Part shown: piece by piece, positions 46,275 to 56,241 of the stretch
Layout: each line of letters begins with the position of its first letter
How positions within the stretch are numbered: the first letter of the stretch is position 1
Source: Candidatus Methylomirabilia bacterium
GTDB taxonomy: Bacteria > Methylomirabilota > Methylomirabilia > Rokubacteriales > CSP1-6
Length of the DNA: 64,000 nucleotides
Assembly (NCBI GenBank): GCA_041497895.1
Contig: JBGQHJ010000003.1
Span: 1 to 64,000, forward strand
Direction: 5' to 3'
Translations under genes and position numbers: made by a program
The notes under the pieces: generated by a model
What the model saw: the letters and a program-made list of their open reading frames with translations, nothing else
Database searches by the model: none
What the model was told of the DNA's origin: nothing

Positions 46275-49200
46275 TCAGGCGCCGCGCCGGGGACCCGCGA
46301 GGCCCACCGCGATGTCGATGAGCCGGGCCGGATCGACCGGCTTGGAGAGGTGGGCGTCGAACCCGGCCGAGCGCGCCCGCCGCGAGTCCTCCTCGCTCGC
46401 GTACGCGGTGAGGGCGATCGCGGGCAGCCGCCGGTGGGCGCCGTCCTCCATCGCCCGGAGCCTTCGCACCATCACGTAGCCGTCCTCGACCGGCATGCCG
46501 ATGTCGCTGATGAGCAGGTCGGGCCGGTCCTCGCGGATCGCGTCGAGGGCGGTCGCGGCCGAGTCGGCGATGCGCACGCGGGCGCCGCCGCGCTCGAGCA
46601 TGAAGCGCATCACCTCGCGGGCGTCGGTCTCGTCGTCGACCACCAGGATGTGCAGCCCGGTGAGGCTCCGGCTCGCCGGCGCGTCGGTGGTGACCGCGGC
46701 GGGAGCGCGCTCCGCGGGCAGCCGCACCGCGGCGGCCACCGGCAGCCTCACCGTGAAGGTCGCGCCCCGACCTTCTCCCTCGCTCGCGACCGAGACGCTC
46801 CCGCCGTGGAGCTCGACCAGGTGGCGCACGATCGCCAGCCCGAGCCCGAGCCCGCCGTAGGCGCGGTTGGTGCTGCTCTCCGCCTGGCGGAAGCGCTCGA
46901 ACACGTGCGGGAGGAACTCGGGCTTGATGCCGGCCCCGGTGTCGGCCACCGTGATCACCAGCTCGCCCTCGTACCCGGCCACCGTGACCGTCACCCGGCC
47001 GCCCCGGGGCGTGAACTTGATGCCGTTGGAGAGCAGGTTCCACAGCACCTGCTGCAGCCGGTCGGGATCGCCGAGCACCACCGGGAGGTCCGGATCGATG
47101 CGCGCCTCGAGGACCACCGACTTGGCCAGCGCGGCCGCCTCCACCGCCTCGATCGCGGAACGGATCACCCCGGGCAGGCGCACCGGGCGCGCCTGCAGGC
47201 GCAGCTTGCCGGTGACGATGCGGGAGACGTCGAGCAGGTCCTCGATGAGCTGGCCGAGGGTCTTGGTGCTCCGCTCGATGGCGTCGAGCGCCCGCTCCGC
47301 GCTCGCCGGGTCGAGATTCGGGGAGCGCAGCAGGTACGCCCAGTTGAGCAGCGGTTGCAGCGGGCTGCGCAGCTCGTGGGAGATCGTGGCCAGGAACTCG
47401 TCCTTCATGCGGCTCGCGCCCTCCGCCTCCGCCCGCATCTGGTGCTCGTGCGCGAGCAGCCGCATGTTGTGGATCGCGATGCTCGCGTACTCCGCGAGCA
47501 GCCGGAGGATGGTCTCGCTGCGGTCGGTGAAGGGTCTCGGCGTCCGGCGGTGCACGTAGAGGAGGCCCTCGACCCGGCCCTCCACCATGATCGGCACGAT
47601 CAGGGTCGCGACGAGCGCCTCGATCTCGACCTGGGGGTCGCGGTCCCGGGCGACGACACGGGGGTCCCGCCCGATGTCGTCGCTGCGGAACGGCTGGCCG
47701 GACTGCAGCACGACGCCGCCCGCGCCACGCCCGGGCTCGATGACCAGGCGGTCCTGGAGCCCACGGTACTCGCCGGCCCGGTTGCGCATGACGATCGCGC
47801 CGGTGTCGGTCTCGCGCAGGGCCACGCTGGTGAGATCGCAGCCGCAGAGCTCCTTGGCCCCGTCGACCACGCGCTGGAGCACGGTGCCCACGTCGTGGGC
47901 CGCGTTGATCGACCGTGCCAGCTCGGCCAGCACCTCCGCCTCGCGGCGGCGCCGTCCCGCCTCGACGAAGAGGGCCGCGTTGTCCACCGCCACCGCGGCC
48001 TGGACCGCGAGCCCCTCGAAGGCGGTGAGGTCTTCTCGGGAGAATGGGCGGCCGGCCGCGCGGCGCGCCAGCACCAGCACCCCGAGCAGGCGCCCCCGAC
48101 TCACCAGCGGCACCGCCATGGCGTGGCGAACCCCGAGGCGCACCACCGCGGACAGCGCGTAGGGTGAATCCGGATAGTCGTTGCCGAGCAGGCCGTGCCG
48201 GGCCGCCGCGCAGCTCGTCACGAGACCCCCCGGAGCCGGGAACGGAGCCCCCTCCGCCGGCTCGCTCCGGCTCGAGGCGCCGCCGAGCGCCTGGCTCTCC
48301 TCGTCCACCAGGTACGCGAAGCAGCCCCCCTCGAAGAGCTGCCCGGCGCGCTCGATGATCAGGCCGAGCAGCCGGTCCAGGTCGAGCTCCGCGCTCAGGT
48401 CCCGCTGCACCGCCGCGAGGGCTTCGAGCTGCGCGCGCCGCGCGGTCTCGAGCGCGAACAGGCGCGCGTTCTCCAGCGCGATCGCGGCCTGGTTGGCGAA
48501 GTCTTGCAGTCGCCCGATCTCGTCGGCGCCGAACGTGCGGCCGGTGGCGTCACCGATCGCGAGCACGCCGGTCACCCGGCCCGCGATGGTGAGCGGCACC
48601 GCGAGCACCGAGCCGTGCCCGGAACGCTCCACGAGCGTCCGCGTCTCGGCATTCAGGACCACGCGCGGATCGGCCAGGACGTCTGACGTCGAGACCGGGG
48701 CGCCCTCGCGCACCGCGAGACCGGCGACCGCCTCGTCGACCGGGATGACGGTGCCCGGGGCAAAGACCCCTCGCAAGCCGGAGGTGGCCACCGCCACGAG
48801 GCGCGGGGAGAGCGCGTCGAGCTCCCACAGGACGGACACGCTGCCGCCCAGCAGGGTCCGGATCCCCTCCGCGATGTGCCGGCCCACGCTCGCGCGGTCG
48901 AGCGACTGCACGAGGGCCCGCCCCACCGCCGAGAGCGCGGCCGCGTCGCGGCGCGCGGCCTGCTCGCGCGCGATCACCATCGCCTGGTCGCGCTCGACGC
49001 TCCGCCGCTCGGTGAGATCGCGCAAGACCAGCACCGCGCCGACCACGCGCCCGCTCGGGTCGCGCACCGGGGTGCCGCTCTCGTCGATGGCCCGCTCCTG
49101 GCCGTCGCGGCGGATCAGCAGCGTGCCCGGCCGGGCGCCGAGGGTGCCGTCGCGGATCACGCGCGTCACCGGACTCTCGACCGGCTCGCGGGTCTCCTCG

Positions 49201-49703
49201 TTGACCAGCGAGCACGTCTCGGCCAGCCCGCGGCCGCGCGCCTCGTCGACGTGACAGCCGGTGAGGCGCTCGGCGGCCACATTCATGAAGGTGACGCGCC
49301 CGGCCGCGTCGGTGACCACCACCGCGTCGCCGATGCTGGTGAGCGTGACCGCCAGCTCCTCGCGCTGATCGCGCACCCGCGCCTCCGCGCGCCGCCGGCC
49401 TGCGGCCGCCGCGCAGATCCCCCCCGAGACCAGCAGGAAGAGGAGCGTGCGGACCGCGTCGTCGCCGTACGGCGGCACCGAGAACAGGCTCTGCCCGAGG
49501 GCGGCCAGACCGGTCGCCAGGAGGCCGGGGCCGGTCCCGCCGTACCAAGCGCTCAGCACGACGGCGGCCAGGAGCAGGAAGAGCTGGGAGCGCTCGGCCA
49601 GGGGCAGCGCGAGGGCAGTACAGGCGAGCGCAATGCCGACCGTGAGAACCGCGGCGGCGTAGCGCTTCAGGCTCAGCGTCGTGTGAGGGTTGGGGTCGGG
49701 CAC
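46275..49703 (-). CDS. Hybrid sensor histidine kinase (DUF4118-like TM region, PAS, three GAF, HisKA, HATPase, receiver)
   Basis: SIGDAVVVTD; three QAAIAxxN GAF ends; SHELRSPL, NLLSNGIKFT, DTGAGI and GGLGLGL; LVVDD...SDIGMP...KP. Confidence 0.95.
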   Translation of the reverse strand: MPDPNPHTTLSLKRYAAAVLTVGIALACTALALPLAERSQLFLLLAAVVLSAWYGGTGPGLLATGLAALGQSLFSVPPYGDDAVRTLLFLLVSGGICAAAAGRRRAEARVRDQREELAVTLTSIGDAVVVTDAAGRVTFMNVAAERLTGCHVDEARGRGLAETCSLVNEETREPVESPVTRVIRDGTLGARPGTLLIRRDGQERAIDESGTPVRDPSGRVVGAVLVLRDLTERRSVERDQAMVIAREQAARRDAAALSAVGRALVQSLDRASVGRHIAEGIRTLLGGSVSVLWELDALSPRLVAVATSGLRGVFAPGTVIPVDEAVAGLAVREGAPVSTSDVLADPRVVLNAETRTLVERSGHGSVLAVPLTIAGRVTGVLAIGDATGRTFGADEIGRLQDFANQAAIALENARLFALETARRAQLEALAAVQRDLSAELDLDRLLGLIIERAGQLFEGGCFAYLVDEESQALGGASSRSEPAEGAPFPAPGGLVTSCAAARHGLLGNDYPDSPYALSAVVRLGVRHAMAVPLVSRGRLLGVLVLARRAAGRPFSREDLTAFEGLAVQAAVAVDNAALFVEAGRRRREAEVLAELARSINAAHDVGTVLQRVVDGAKELCGCDLTSVALRETDTGAIVMRNRAGEYRGLQDRLVIEPGRGAGGVVLQSGQPFRSDDIGRDPRVVARDRDPQVEIEALVATLIVPIMVEGRVEGLLYVHRRTPRPFTDRSETILRLLAEYASIAIHNMRLLAHEHQMRAEAEGASRMKDEFLATISHELRSPLQPLLNWAYLLRSPNLDPASAERALDAIERSTKTLGQLIEDLLDVSRIVTGKLRLQARPVRLPGVIRSAIEAVEAAALAKSVVLEARIDPDLPVVLGDPDRLQQVLWNLLSNGIKFTPRGGRVTVTVAGYEGELVITVADTGAGIKPEFLPHVFERFRQAESSTNRAYGGLGLGLAIVRHLVELHGGSVSVASEGEGRGATFTVRLPVAAAVRLPAERAPAAVTTDAPASRSLTGLHILVVDDETDAREVMRFMLERGGARVRIADSAATALDAIREDRPDLLISDIGMPVEDGYVMVRRLRAMEDGAHRRLPAIALTAYASEEDSRRARSAGFDAHLSKPVDPARLIDIAVGLAGPRRGA

Positions 49704-49892
49704 AATGGGATCGGCCGTATCATACCGCTCGAGCGGCCTGAAGGTCGGGAGGGAGCAATGGTTGTGCCGGTGGAGATCGGCGCCAAGTAGGCGATTTGAC
49801 TCGTGCTGAGGACGCTCTCGCAGCCGCGGCGGGCAGGGCCGGTAAGTATGACGCGGTAATGGCGACCCGTCCCCTCGCGAACGGAGAGGCCA

Positions 49893-50003
49893 ATGGACAT
49901 GCGTGAGCTGGTCTGGCTGCTCGTCGCGGTGGTCGCGGGTGTCCTGGCCGCCGTGGGCTGGATCGCGCGCGAGCGCTGGATCATGCGGCGGCGGCGGCGC
50001 TGA
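49893..50003 (+). CDS. 36-aa single-TM microprotein MDMRELVWLLVAVVAGVLAAVGWIARERWIMRRRRR
   Basis: GGAGAG SD; one hydrophobic helix with a poly-Arg tail; below the ORF-track cutoff. Confidence 0.55.
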   Translation: MDMRELVWLLVAVVAGVLAAVGWIARERWIMRRRRR

Positions 50004-50097
50004 GCCCGGCCCCCTTGCGCGGCGGCGCGCCGGTCCGGTAGCCTACCCGCGGCGTCGCGACGCCATATCCAAGGATGCATGGACTCGAGGAGGCCAC

Positions 50098-51141
50098 ATG
50101 GGCGCGGACCGGGCGAGGATCGGGATCATCGGGGCCGGGGCGATCGGCTGCGTGGTGGGTGGGCTGCTCGCGCGGGCCGGTCACGACGTGACGCTCGTCG
50201 ACCAGTGGCCCGAGCACGTGGAGCAGATCAAGACCGCGGGCCTCCGGCTCTCGGGCAGCTGCGGCGAGCACCTGGTCCCGGTCACCGCCATCCACCTCCA
50301 CGAGCTCGCGACGGTGCGCGCGCCGTTCGAGGCGGTCTTCGTGGCGGTGAAGTCCTACGACACCGAGTGGGCGACCCAGCTCGCGGTGGATCACCTGCGG
50401 CGGCCCGACGGCGTGGTCGTCGACTTCCAGAACGGCATCAACGACCACCGGGTGGCCGCGGTGGCCGGACGCGAGCGCACCCTCGGCTGCGTCATCCTGA
50501 TCAGCGCCGGCATGTACGAGCCGGCCCACGCCATCCGCACCGACCGGGGCAGCGCCGCGTTCAAGATCGGCGAGCACGACGGCAGCGACTCGCCGCGGGC
50601 GCGGCGGATCGCCGCGATCATGAGCGAGGTGGCGCCCGCGGTCGTGACCACGAACCTGTGGGGCGAGCGATGGTCGAAGCTCGCGCTCAATTGCATGCTG
50701 AACCCGCTCGCGGGCCTGAGCGGCCTCGGCACCGCGGAGGTGCGGTCGGAGCCCCTGACCCGGCGGCTGGCCGCCCACCTGGGGGCCGAGGTGGTCCGGG
50801 TGGGCGGAGCGCTCGGCCACCGCATCGAGCCCATCCTGGGCATCGCGGCCCAGCGCTTCGCGGACGCCACCGACAGCGCCGCGATCGAGGTGCTCGGCAA
50901 GGAGATCGCGGCCGACGCGGGCAGCCGCAGCGGCGGCCGCCCGTCGATGCTGCAGGACGTGATGAAGGGGCGGCGGACCGAGATCGACTACCTGAACGGC
51001 TTCGTGGCCGCGGAGGGCCGCTCGGTCGGCATCGCGACCCCGTTCAACGACGCGGTGGTCGACGCCTTCCACGCCCACGGAGTGGGCGCGCTCACCGCCG
51101 CGCCCCGCAACCTCGACCCGCTCGTGCGTCTGCTCTCCTAG
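50098..51141 (+). CDS. Ketopantoate reductase-family (PanE/ApbA) protein
   Basis: GAGAIG, VKSYDT, FQNG, WSKLALN and SMLQDVMKGRRTEIDYLNG. Confidence 0.92.
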   Translation: MGADRARIGIIGAGAIGCVVGGLLARAGHDVTLVDQWPEHVEQIKTAGLRLSGSCGEHLVPVTAIHLHELATVRAPFEAVFVAVKSYDTEWATQLAVDHLRRPDGVVVDFQNGINDHRVAAVAGRERTLGCVILISAGMYEPAHAIRTDRGSAAFKIGEHDGSDSPRARRIAAIMSEVAPAVVTTNLWGERWSKLALNCMLNPLAGLSGLGTAEVRSEPLTRRLAAHLGAEVVRVGGALGHRIEPILGIAAQRFADATDSAAIEVLGKEIAADAGSRSGGRPSMLQDVMKGRRTEIDYLNGFVAAEGRSVGIATPFNDAVVDAFHAHGVGALTAAPRNLDPLVRLLS

Positions 51142-51152
51142 CGCGCCCCCTC

Positions 51153-51875
51153 GTGGAATTGCTGGTCGTGCTGGCGGTCGGTCTGGCCGCCGGCACGATC
51201 AGCGGCATCGTCGGCTTCGGCTCGTCGATCATGCTGATGCCGGTGCTCGTGGTCGTCTTCGGCCCGCTCCACGCGGTGCCGATCATGGCGATCGCCGCGA
51301 TCCTGGCCAACCTCTCGCGGGTCCTCATCTGGTGGCGCGAGGTGGACTGGCGCGCGGTCGCGGCCTACTCCGTCACCGGCGTGCCCGCGGCGGCGCTGGG
51401 CGCGCGCACCCTGCTGGCGCTGCCGCCGCGCCTGATCGAGGGGGCGCTCGGCGTGTTCTTCCTCGGCATGATTCCGACCCGGCGCTGGCTCGCCGCGCGG
51501 GGGCTGGGGCTCGGACCGCGGCACCTGCTGGTGATCGGGGCGGTGGTGGGCTTTCTCACCGGCATCGTGGTGACCACCGGTCCGATCACCGCGCCGATCT
51601 TCCTCTCCTACGGGCTCGTGAAGGGCGCGTTCATCGCCACCGAGGCCGCCGGCTCGCTCACGGTCTACCTGAGCAAGGCCGCGGTGTTCCGCAGCTTCGG
51701 CGCCCTGCCGCGGCCGGTGATCGTGCAGGGGCTCATCACCGGCACGTCCCTGATGCTCGGGGCCTGGCTCGCCAAGCGCTTCGTCCTGCGCCTGCCCCCC
51801 GACCGCTTCCGCCTCCTGATGGACGCCCTGATGCTCCTCTCCGGCCTCACCATGCTCTACACCGCGTTCGCCTGA
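51153..51875 (+). CDS. TauE/SafE sulfite-exporter-family membrane protein
   Basis: GTISGIVGFGSSIMLMP; about 8 TM segments; GIVVTTGP. Confidence 0.88.
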   Translation: MELLVVLAVGLAAGTISGIVGFGSSIMLMPVLVVVFGPLHAVPIMAIAAILANLSRVLIWWREVDWRAVAAYSVTGVPAAALGARTLLALPPRLIEGALGVFFLGMIPTRRWLAARGLGLGPRHLLVIGAVVGFLTGIVVTTGPITAPIFLSYGLVKGAFIATEAAGSLTVYLSKAAVFRSFGALPRPVIVQGLITGTSLMLGAWLAKRFVLRLPPDRFRLLMDALMLLSGLTMLYTAFA

Positions 51876-51876
51876 T

Positions 51877-51962
51877 GGGGTCAGGTCTTACATTCCGACA
51901 TTTCCGTGAGTCGCGAGACTACGCCTCGCGGGGAGAAATGTCGGAATGTAAGACCTGACCCC
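51877..51962. repeat. REP/MITE-like palindrome with perfect 28-bp inverted arms
   Basis: GGGGTCAGGTCTTACATTCCGACATTTC (51877-51904) and GAAATGTCGGAATGTAAGACCTGACCCC (51935-51962); inner stem CGCGAG/CTCGCG. Confidence 0.9.
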
Positions 51963-53088
51963 GAACTTCGGCGTTGTGCTCGCCGAGGCGTGGGGGAGCG
52001 CGCCGGATCGGGGGACGCCGGCCGTCGAACGAGATCGGCAGCGAGACGACCTCGTAGTCGTCGCCGGGGAGGGGCTGGATGATGCCGATGGCCTCGGCTT
52101 GCGGCTGGGCCACCGCCTCGGGCAGGCTATGGATCGGCCCGCACGGCACGCCGCCGGCCTCGAGCAGGTCGATCCACTCGCCCTTGGTGCGGGTGAGGAA
52201 GATCGCGTCGAGGAGGGCCAGGAGCGCGGGCTTGTTGGCCACGCGCGCCGCGTTGGTCGCGAACCGCTCCTCCTTCGCCCACTGCGGGTGACCGACCACC
52301 GCGGCGAGCTTGGCGAAGAGGCGATCGTTGCCCGCGGCCACGATGATGGTGCCGGTCTTGGTCTCGAAGCCCTGGAAGGGGACCACGCGCTGGCTGCCGG
52401 TGCGGTGGCGCTCCGGCACCTCGCCGGAGGCGCGGAAGCTCGCGAAGTGGCCCTTCAGCCACGCGAGCCCGGTCTCGTAGAGCGAGGCGTCCACCACGCA
52501 GCCGCGCCCGGTGCGCTGGCGCTGCACGAGCCCGGCGAGCGCGCCCATCGCGGTCCACATGCCGGTGCCGTAGTCGAGGATCGAGGTGCCGATGCGCGTC
52601 GGCGGGCCGCCCTCGTCGCCGTTCATCATCATGAGCCCGGAGAAGGCCTGCACCATCGGCTCGAAGCCGGGCTTCATCTTGAGCGGCCCGGTGCTCCCGA
52701 AGGCCCACACCGAGCAGTAGACCAGGCGCGGGTGACGCGCGAGCAGCACGTCGGGCCCGAGCCCCAGCTCCTCGAGCGAGCCCGGCCGCAGGTTCTGGAC
52801 CAGCACGTCCGCCCCGCCGAGGAAGTCCATGAGCCACGCGACCGCCTGCGGATCCTTCAGATCGAGCGTGATCCCGCGCTTGTTGGCGTTGACCGCGAGG
52901 AAGCCCGGCGAGACGCCCTTCCAGAAGGGCGGCCCCCACTTGCGCGCGTCGTCGCCCTCGGGGCGCTCCACCTTGATCACGTCGGCGCCCATGTGGGCGA
53001 GGATCTCGGCCGCCATGGGCCCGGCGAGGTTCTGCGCGACCTCGACGACGCGAATGCCCTCGAGCGGCAGCCCCGGGGCGGCGCTCAC
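51919..53088 (-). CDS. CaiB/BaiF family III CoA-transferase
   Basis: EGIRVVE..LAGP, GADVIKVERPEGD, NANKR, ILDYGTG and PPRLGEHN. Confidence 0.94.
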   Translation of the reverse strand: MSAAPGLPLEGIRVVEVAQNLAGPMAAEILAHMGADVIKVERPEGDDARKWGPPFWKGVSPGFLAVNANKRGITLDLKDPQAVAWLMDFLGGADVLVQNLRPGSLEELGLGPDVLLARHPRLVYCSVWAFGSTGPLKMKPGFEPMVQAFSGLMMMNGDEGGPPTRIGTSILDYGTGMWTAMGALAGLVQRQRTGRGCVVDASLYETGLAWLKGHFASFRASGEVPERHRTGSQRVVPFQGFETKTGTIIVAAGNDRLFAKLAAVVGHPQWAKEERFATNAARVANKPALLALLDAIFLTRTKGEWIDLLEAGGVPCGPIHSLPEAVAQPQAEAIGIIQPLPGDDYEVVSLPISFDGRRPPIRRAPPRLGEHNAEVRGQVLHSDISPREA

Positions 53089-53978
53089 GCGCGCGCCGCC
53101 GCGATCGCGTCGAGCACGACCGGCTCGAAGCGGTGACTCGCCCCGTCACGCACGATGCGCCCGGGATGCGGGAAGTGGGCCGGCAGCACCAGGTCGCCGG
53201 AGGCGGCGTGGCGCTCGACGAAGGCCTTGCGGGTGACCGCGGCCTGGCGACCGTCGTAGCAGAAGATGCTGCTCCATTGCGGCTCGGCCACCTGCACCAC
53301 CCGATGCATGAGGTCGCCCGAGAAGACCGCGTCGCCCGCGCTGGTGTGCACGCGCACCGCCGCGTGCCCGGGGGTGTGCCCCACCCACGGCTCGTAGGCG
53401 AGCCACGGGTCGATCTGGTGCGTGCTGCTGACCATGAGCGCCTGCCCCGCCTCCACCACCGGCACCACGCTGTCCGTGATGCAACCCGACTTCTCACGGC
53501 CGGCCTGCTCCTCGTACTTCCAGAACTCCCACTCCTCGCCCGGGAACACGTACTTCGCGCGCGGGAACGTGGGCACCCAGCGGCCGTCGACGAGCCGGGT
53601 GTTCCAGCCCACGTGGTCGACGTGGAGATGCGTGCACAGGACCAGGTCCACCTGCTCCGGAGTGACGCCGGCCGCGGCCAGGTCGTCGAGGAAGCCGCCA
53701 CTCCGGCGGTTCCAGAGCGCGTTGTCCCCGCGATCCTTGTCGTTGCCGACCCCGGTGTCGACCAGGACCGTGTGCCGCGGGGTGCGCACGATCCAGGTCT
53801 GGATGCGCGAGCCGAGGTCACCGGTCACGTCGTCGAAGAAGTGGGGCTTGATCCAGCGGTGGTGCGACGCGATCCGCCCCGCGTCGGACTCGGGCAGCAT
53901 CTGGGCGGTGGGGAACGACGAGCGGCCGATCTCGACGATGCGCGAGATCGAGACGTCTCCGAGCGTGAGGGTGTGCAT
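53085..53978 (-). CDS. Metallo-beta-lactamase-fold hydrolase
   Basis: THLHVDHVGWN, GHTPGH, GDLMH and PAHF. Confidence 0.93.
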   Translation of the reverse strand: MHTLTLGDVSISRIVEIGRSSFPTAQMLPESDAGRIASHHRWIKPHFFDDVTGDLGSRIQTWIVRTPRHTVLVDTGVGNDKDRGDNALWNRRSGGFLDDLAAAGVTPEQVDLVLCTHLHVDHVGWNTRLVDGRWVPTFPRAKYVFPGEEWEFWKYEEQAGREKSGCITDSVVPVVEAGQALMVSSTHQIDPWLAYEPWVGHTPGHAAVRVHTSAGDAVFSGDLMHRVVQVAEPQWSSIFCYDGRQAAVTRKAFVERHAASGDLVLPAHFPHPGRIVRDGASHRFEPVVLDAIAAARA

Positions 53979-53990
53979 GCGGGCTCTCTC

Positions 53991-55061
53991 CTAGCGTCCG
54001 GCCATGTGCGGCCAGAGCGCGTCCGCCCCGCGGGCGGCCACCTCCCGGCCCAGCGCCACCGACCAGTAGCTCTCCGCGCCGAACTCGGCCCGCCAGGACC
54101 AGAGTCGTCGCGTCACGAAGTGCAGCGAGTGCTCGTAGGTGAAGCCGATGGCCCCGTGCGCCTGGTGCGCGATCCCCGCCCCCAGGCCGGCGGCCTCGCC
54201 GGTGCGCACCTTGGCCACCGCGATCTCGAACGACGCGTCGCCGCCCTCGCCGGTGCGGTCCACCACGTGGAAGGCCTGTTGCGCGGCCATGCCCGCGGCC
54301 GCGGTGTGGCCGGCCAGGAGGGCCAGGTTCTGCTGGATGGCCTGGAACGCGGCGAGCGGCCGGCCGAACTGCTTGCGCTCGGTCACGTACTTTGCCGACT
54401 GCGCGAGCAGGAACTCGAGCCCGCCCGCCATCTGCGCCGAGCGCACGAGCGCGCCGCCCGCCCACACCGGCTGCTTGCCGAGCCGGCCGCGGAGCGGCGC
54501 CGCGGCCACCACCGGCGCGCCGGACCACGTCAGCGTGTCGCGCGGCTCGCGCGCCAGACTCGCGTCGGCCTCGGCCTTGGCGCCACCGCCGGCCACCAGC
54601 GCGACCATCGGCGACCCGCCGCCGTCGGCCACCACGACCACGTGCTGGGCGCGCGCACCCCACGGCACCCGGCTCGCGCGGCCGCTCAGCGCCCAGCCCC
54701 CGCCCTGACGGGCCAGGGTGAGGCCTTCATCTATATGCACGGGCGCCACGGTCATCGGTCCGAGCGGGGCGTCCAGGCCCGCCTCGGCCAGGATCGAGCC
54801 GGCCAGCATGGTCTCGGCCAGCGGCACCGGCGCCGCGAAGCGGCCGGCCGCCATCAGCACCACGAACGCGTCGGTCCACGAGCCGCCGGCCCCGCCGCGG
54901 GCCTCCGGCACCTGGGGCAGCGTGAGGCCGTTCTCCTCCAGGGCCTGCCAGAGGGCGGCCGGCCACTCGCCCTTCTCGGCCCCCTCCAGCACCGCGGTGG
55001 TGGCGCGATCGGTGAACAGGCGCGTGCACGTCTCGCTGAGGATCGTCTGCAGCTCGTTCAT
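53991..55061 (-). CDS. Acyl-CoA dehydrogenase, short (partner/beta-type) subunit
   Basis: ERKQFGRPLAAFQAIQ and HQAHGAIGFTYE; lacks the N-terminal SEPxxGSD motif. Confidence 0.88.
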   Translation of the reverse strand: MNELQTILSETCTRLFTDRATTAVLEGAEKGEWPAALWQALEENGLTLPQVPEARGGAGGSWTDAFVVLMAAGRFAAPVPLAETMLAGSILAEAGLDAPLGPMTVAPVHIDEGLTLARQGGGWALSGRASRVPWGARAQHVVVVADGGGSPMVALVAGGGAKAEADASLAREPRDTLTWSGAPVVAAAPLRGRLGKQPVWAGGALVRSAQMAGGLEFLLAQSAKYVTERKQFGRPLAAFQAIQQNLALLAGHTAAAGMAAQQAFHVVDRTGEGGDASFEIAVAKVRTGEAAGLGAGIAHQAHGAIGFTYEHSLHFVTRRLWSWRAEFGAESYWSVALGREVAARGADALWPHMAGR

Positions 55062-55070
55062 CGCGCGCTC

Positions 55071-56219
55071 CTATCTCAAGCCCAGGCCGCGGGCGATGAT
55101 CCCTCTCAATACTTCGCGCGTTCCGCCCCGCAGCGAGAAGGAGGGCGCGTGCTGGATCAGGTAGCCAAGCGTCTTCTCGAACTCGCTGCCGCTGCCGATG
55201 CGGGGCTCGGCGCCGGTGAGCGTGTGCACCGCCTCCGGGATCTCCTGCTCGAAGGTGGTCCCGATGTCCTTCATCACCGCGGCCTCCAGGTTCGGGTTCA
55301 GCCCGGCCTGCAACATGGTGGCGATCGAGAGCGACATCTGCCGCAGCGTCACCAGGTGCGCGGTGAAGTGGCCGATCAGCGCGGCGGTCCGCTCGCCCGG
55401 CTCGCGCCCCGCCTCGCGGATCAGCTCGATCACGAGCTGGAGCGAGGAGAGGTACCGCTCGGGGCCGCTGCGCTCGAAGCCGAGCTCGGTGGTCACCTGC
55501 TTCCAGCCCTCGCCGTCCTTGCCGACCAGCATGTCGTCGGGCACCAGGCAGTCCTGGAAGTGCACCTCGTTGAAGTGGTGCCCACCGGCCAGGTCGTAGA
55601 TCGGGCGGATCGAGATACCGGGCGACTTGAGATCCACCAGGAACTGGGAGAGCCCCTCGTGCTTCTTGTCCGGCACCACCGTGGTGCGGAAGAGCGCGAT
55701 CGCGTAGTCGGAGAGATGGGCGTTGCTGGTCCAGATCTTGGTGCCGTTGACCTTGTAGCCGCCCGCGACCTTCTCGGCCCGGGTGCGGACCGAGGCCAGG
55801 TCCGAGCCCGAGTCCGGCTCGCTCATGCCGATGGCGAAGGCCAGCTCGCCGCGTGCGATGCGGGGCAGGAACCGCTGGCGCTGCTCCTCGGTGCCGAAGC
55901 GCAGCAGCAGCGGCCCGCTCTGGCGATCGGCCACCCAGTGCGCGCTGACCGGCGCGCCCGCGGCCAGCGTCTCCTCCAGCACCACGTAGCGCTCGAGCGC
56001 GGTGCGCTCGTGGCCGCCGTACTTCTTCGGCCACGTCATGCCGATCCACCCGCGCTCGCCCATGCGGCGCGAGAAGTCGCGGTTGAAGCCGCCCCAGGAC
56101 CGGGCCCGGTCCGCGGGCCGGAACTGGGCCAGCTCCTGCTTGAGGAAGGTGCGGACCTCGTCGCGCAGCGCTTCCGCCTCGGGGGGAAGCGTGGACAGCT
56201 CGAAGTTGAATGTCGCCAT
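55071..56219 (-). CDS. Acyl-CoA dehydrogenase
   Basis: GMSEPDSGSDLA, NGTKIWTS, FNEVHF, FERSG and GGTREVLR. Confidence 0.94.
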   Translation of the reverse strand: MATFNFELSTLPPEAEALRDEVRTFLKQELAQFRPADRARSWGGFNRDFSRRMGERGWIGMTWPKKYGGHERTALERYVVLEETLAAGAPVSAHWVADRQSGPLLLRFGTEEQRQRFLPRIARGELAFAIGMSEPDSGSDLASVRTRAEKVAGGYKVNGTKIWTSNAHLSDYAIALFRTTVVPDKKHEGLSQFLVDLKSPGISIRPIYDLAGGHHFNEVHFQDCLVPDDMLVGKDGEGWKQVTTELGFERSGPERYLSSLQLVIELIREAGREPGERTAALIGHFTAHLVTLRQMSLSIATMLQAGLNPNLEAAVMKDIGTTFEQEIPEAVHTLTGAEPRIGSGSEFEKTLGYLIQHAPSFSLRGGTREVLRGIIARGLGLR

Positions 56220-56241
56220 GGGCGTGACCCCTCTCTTGGCG

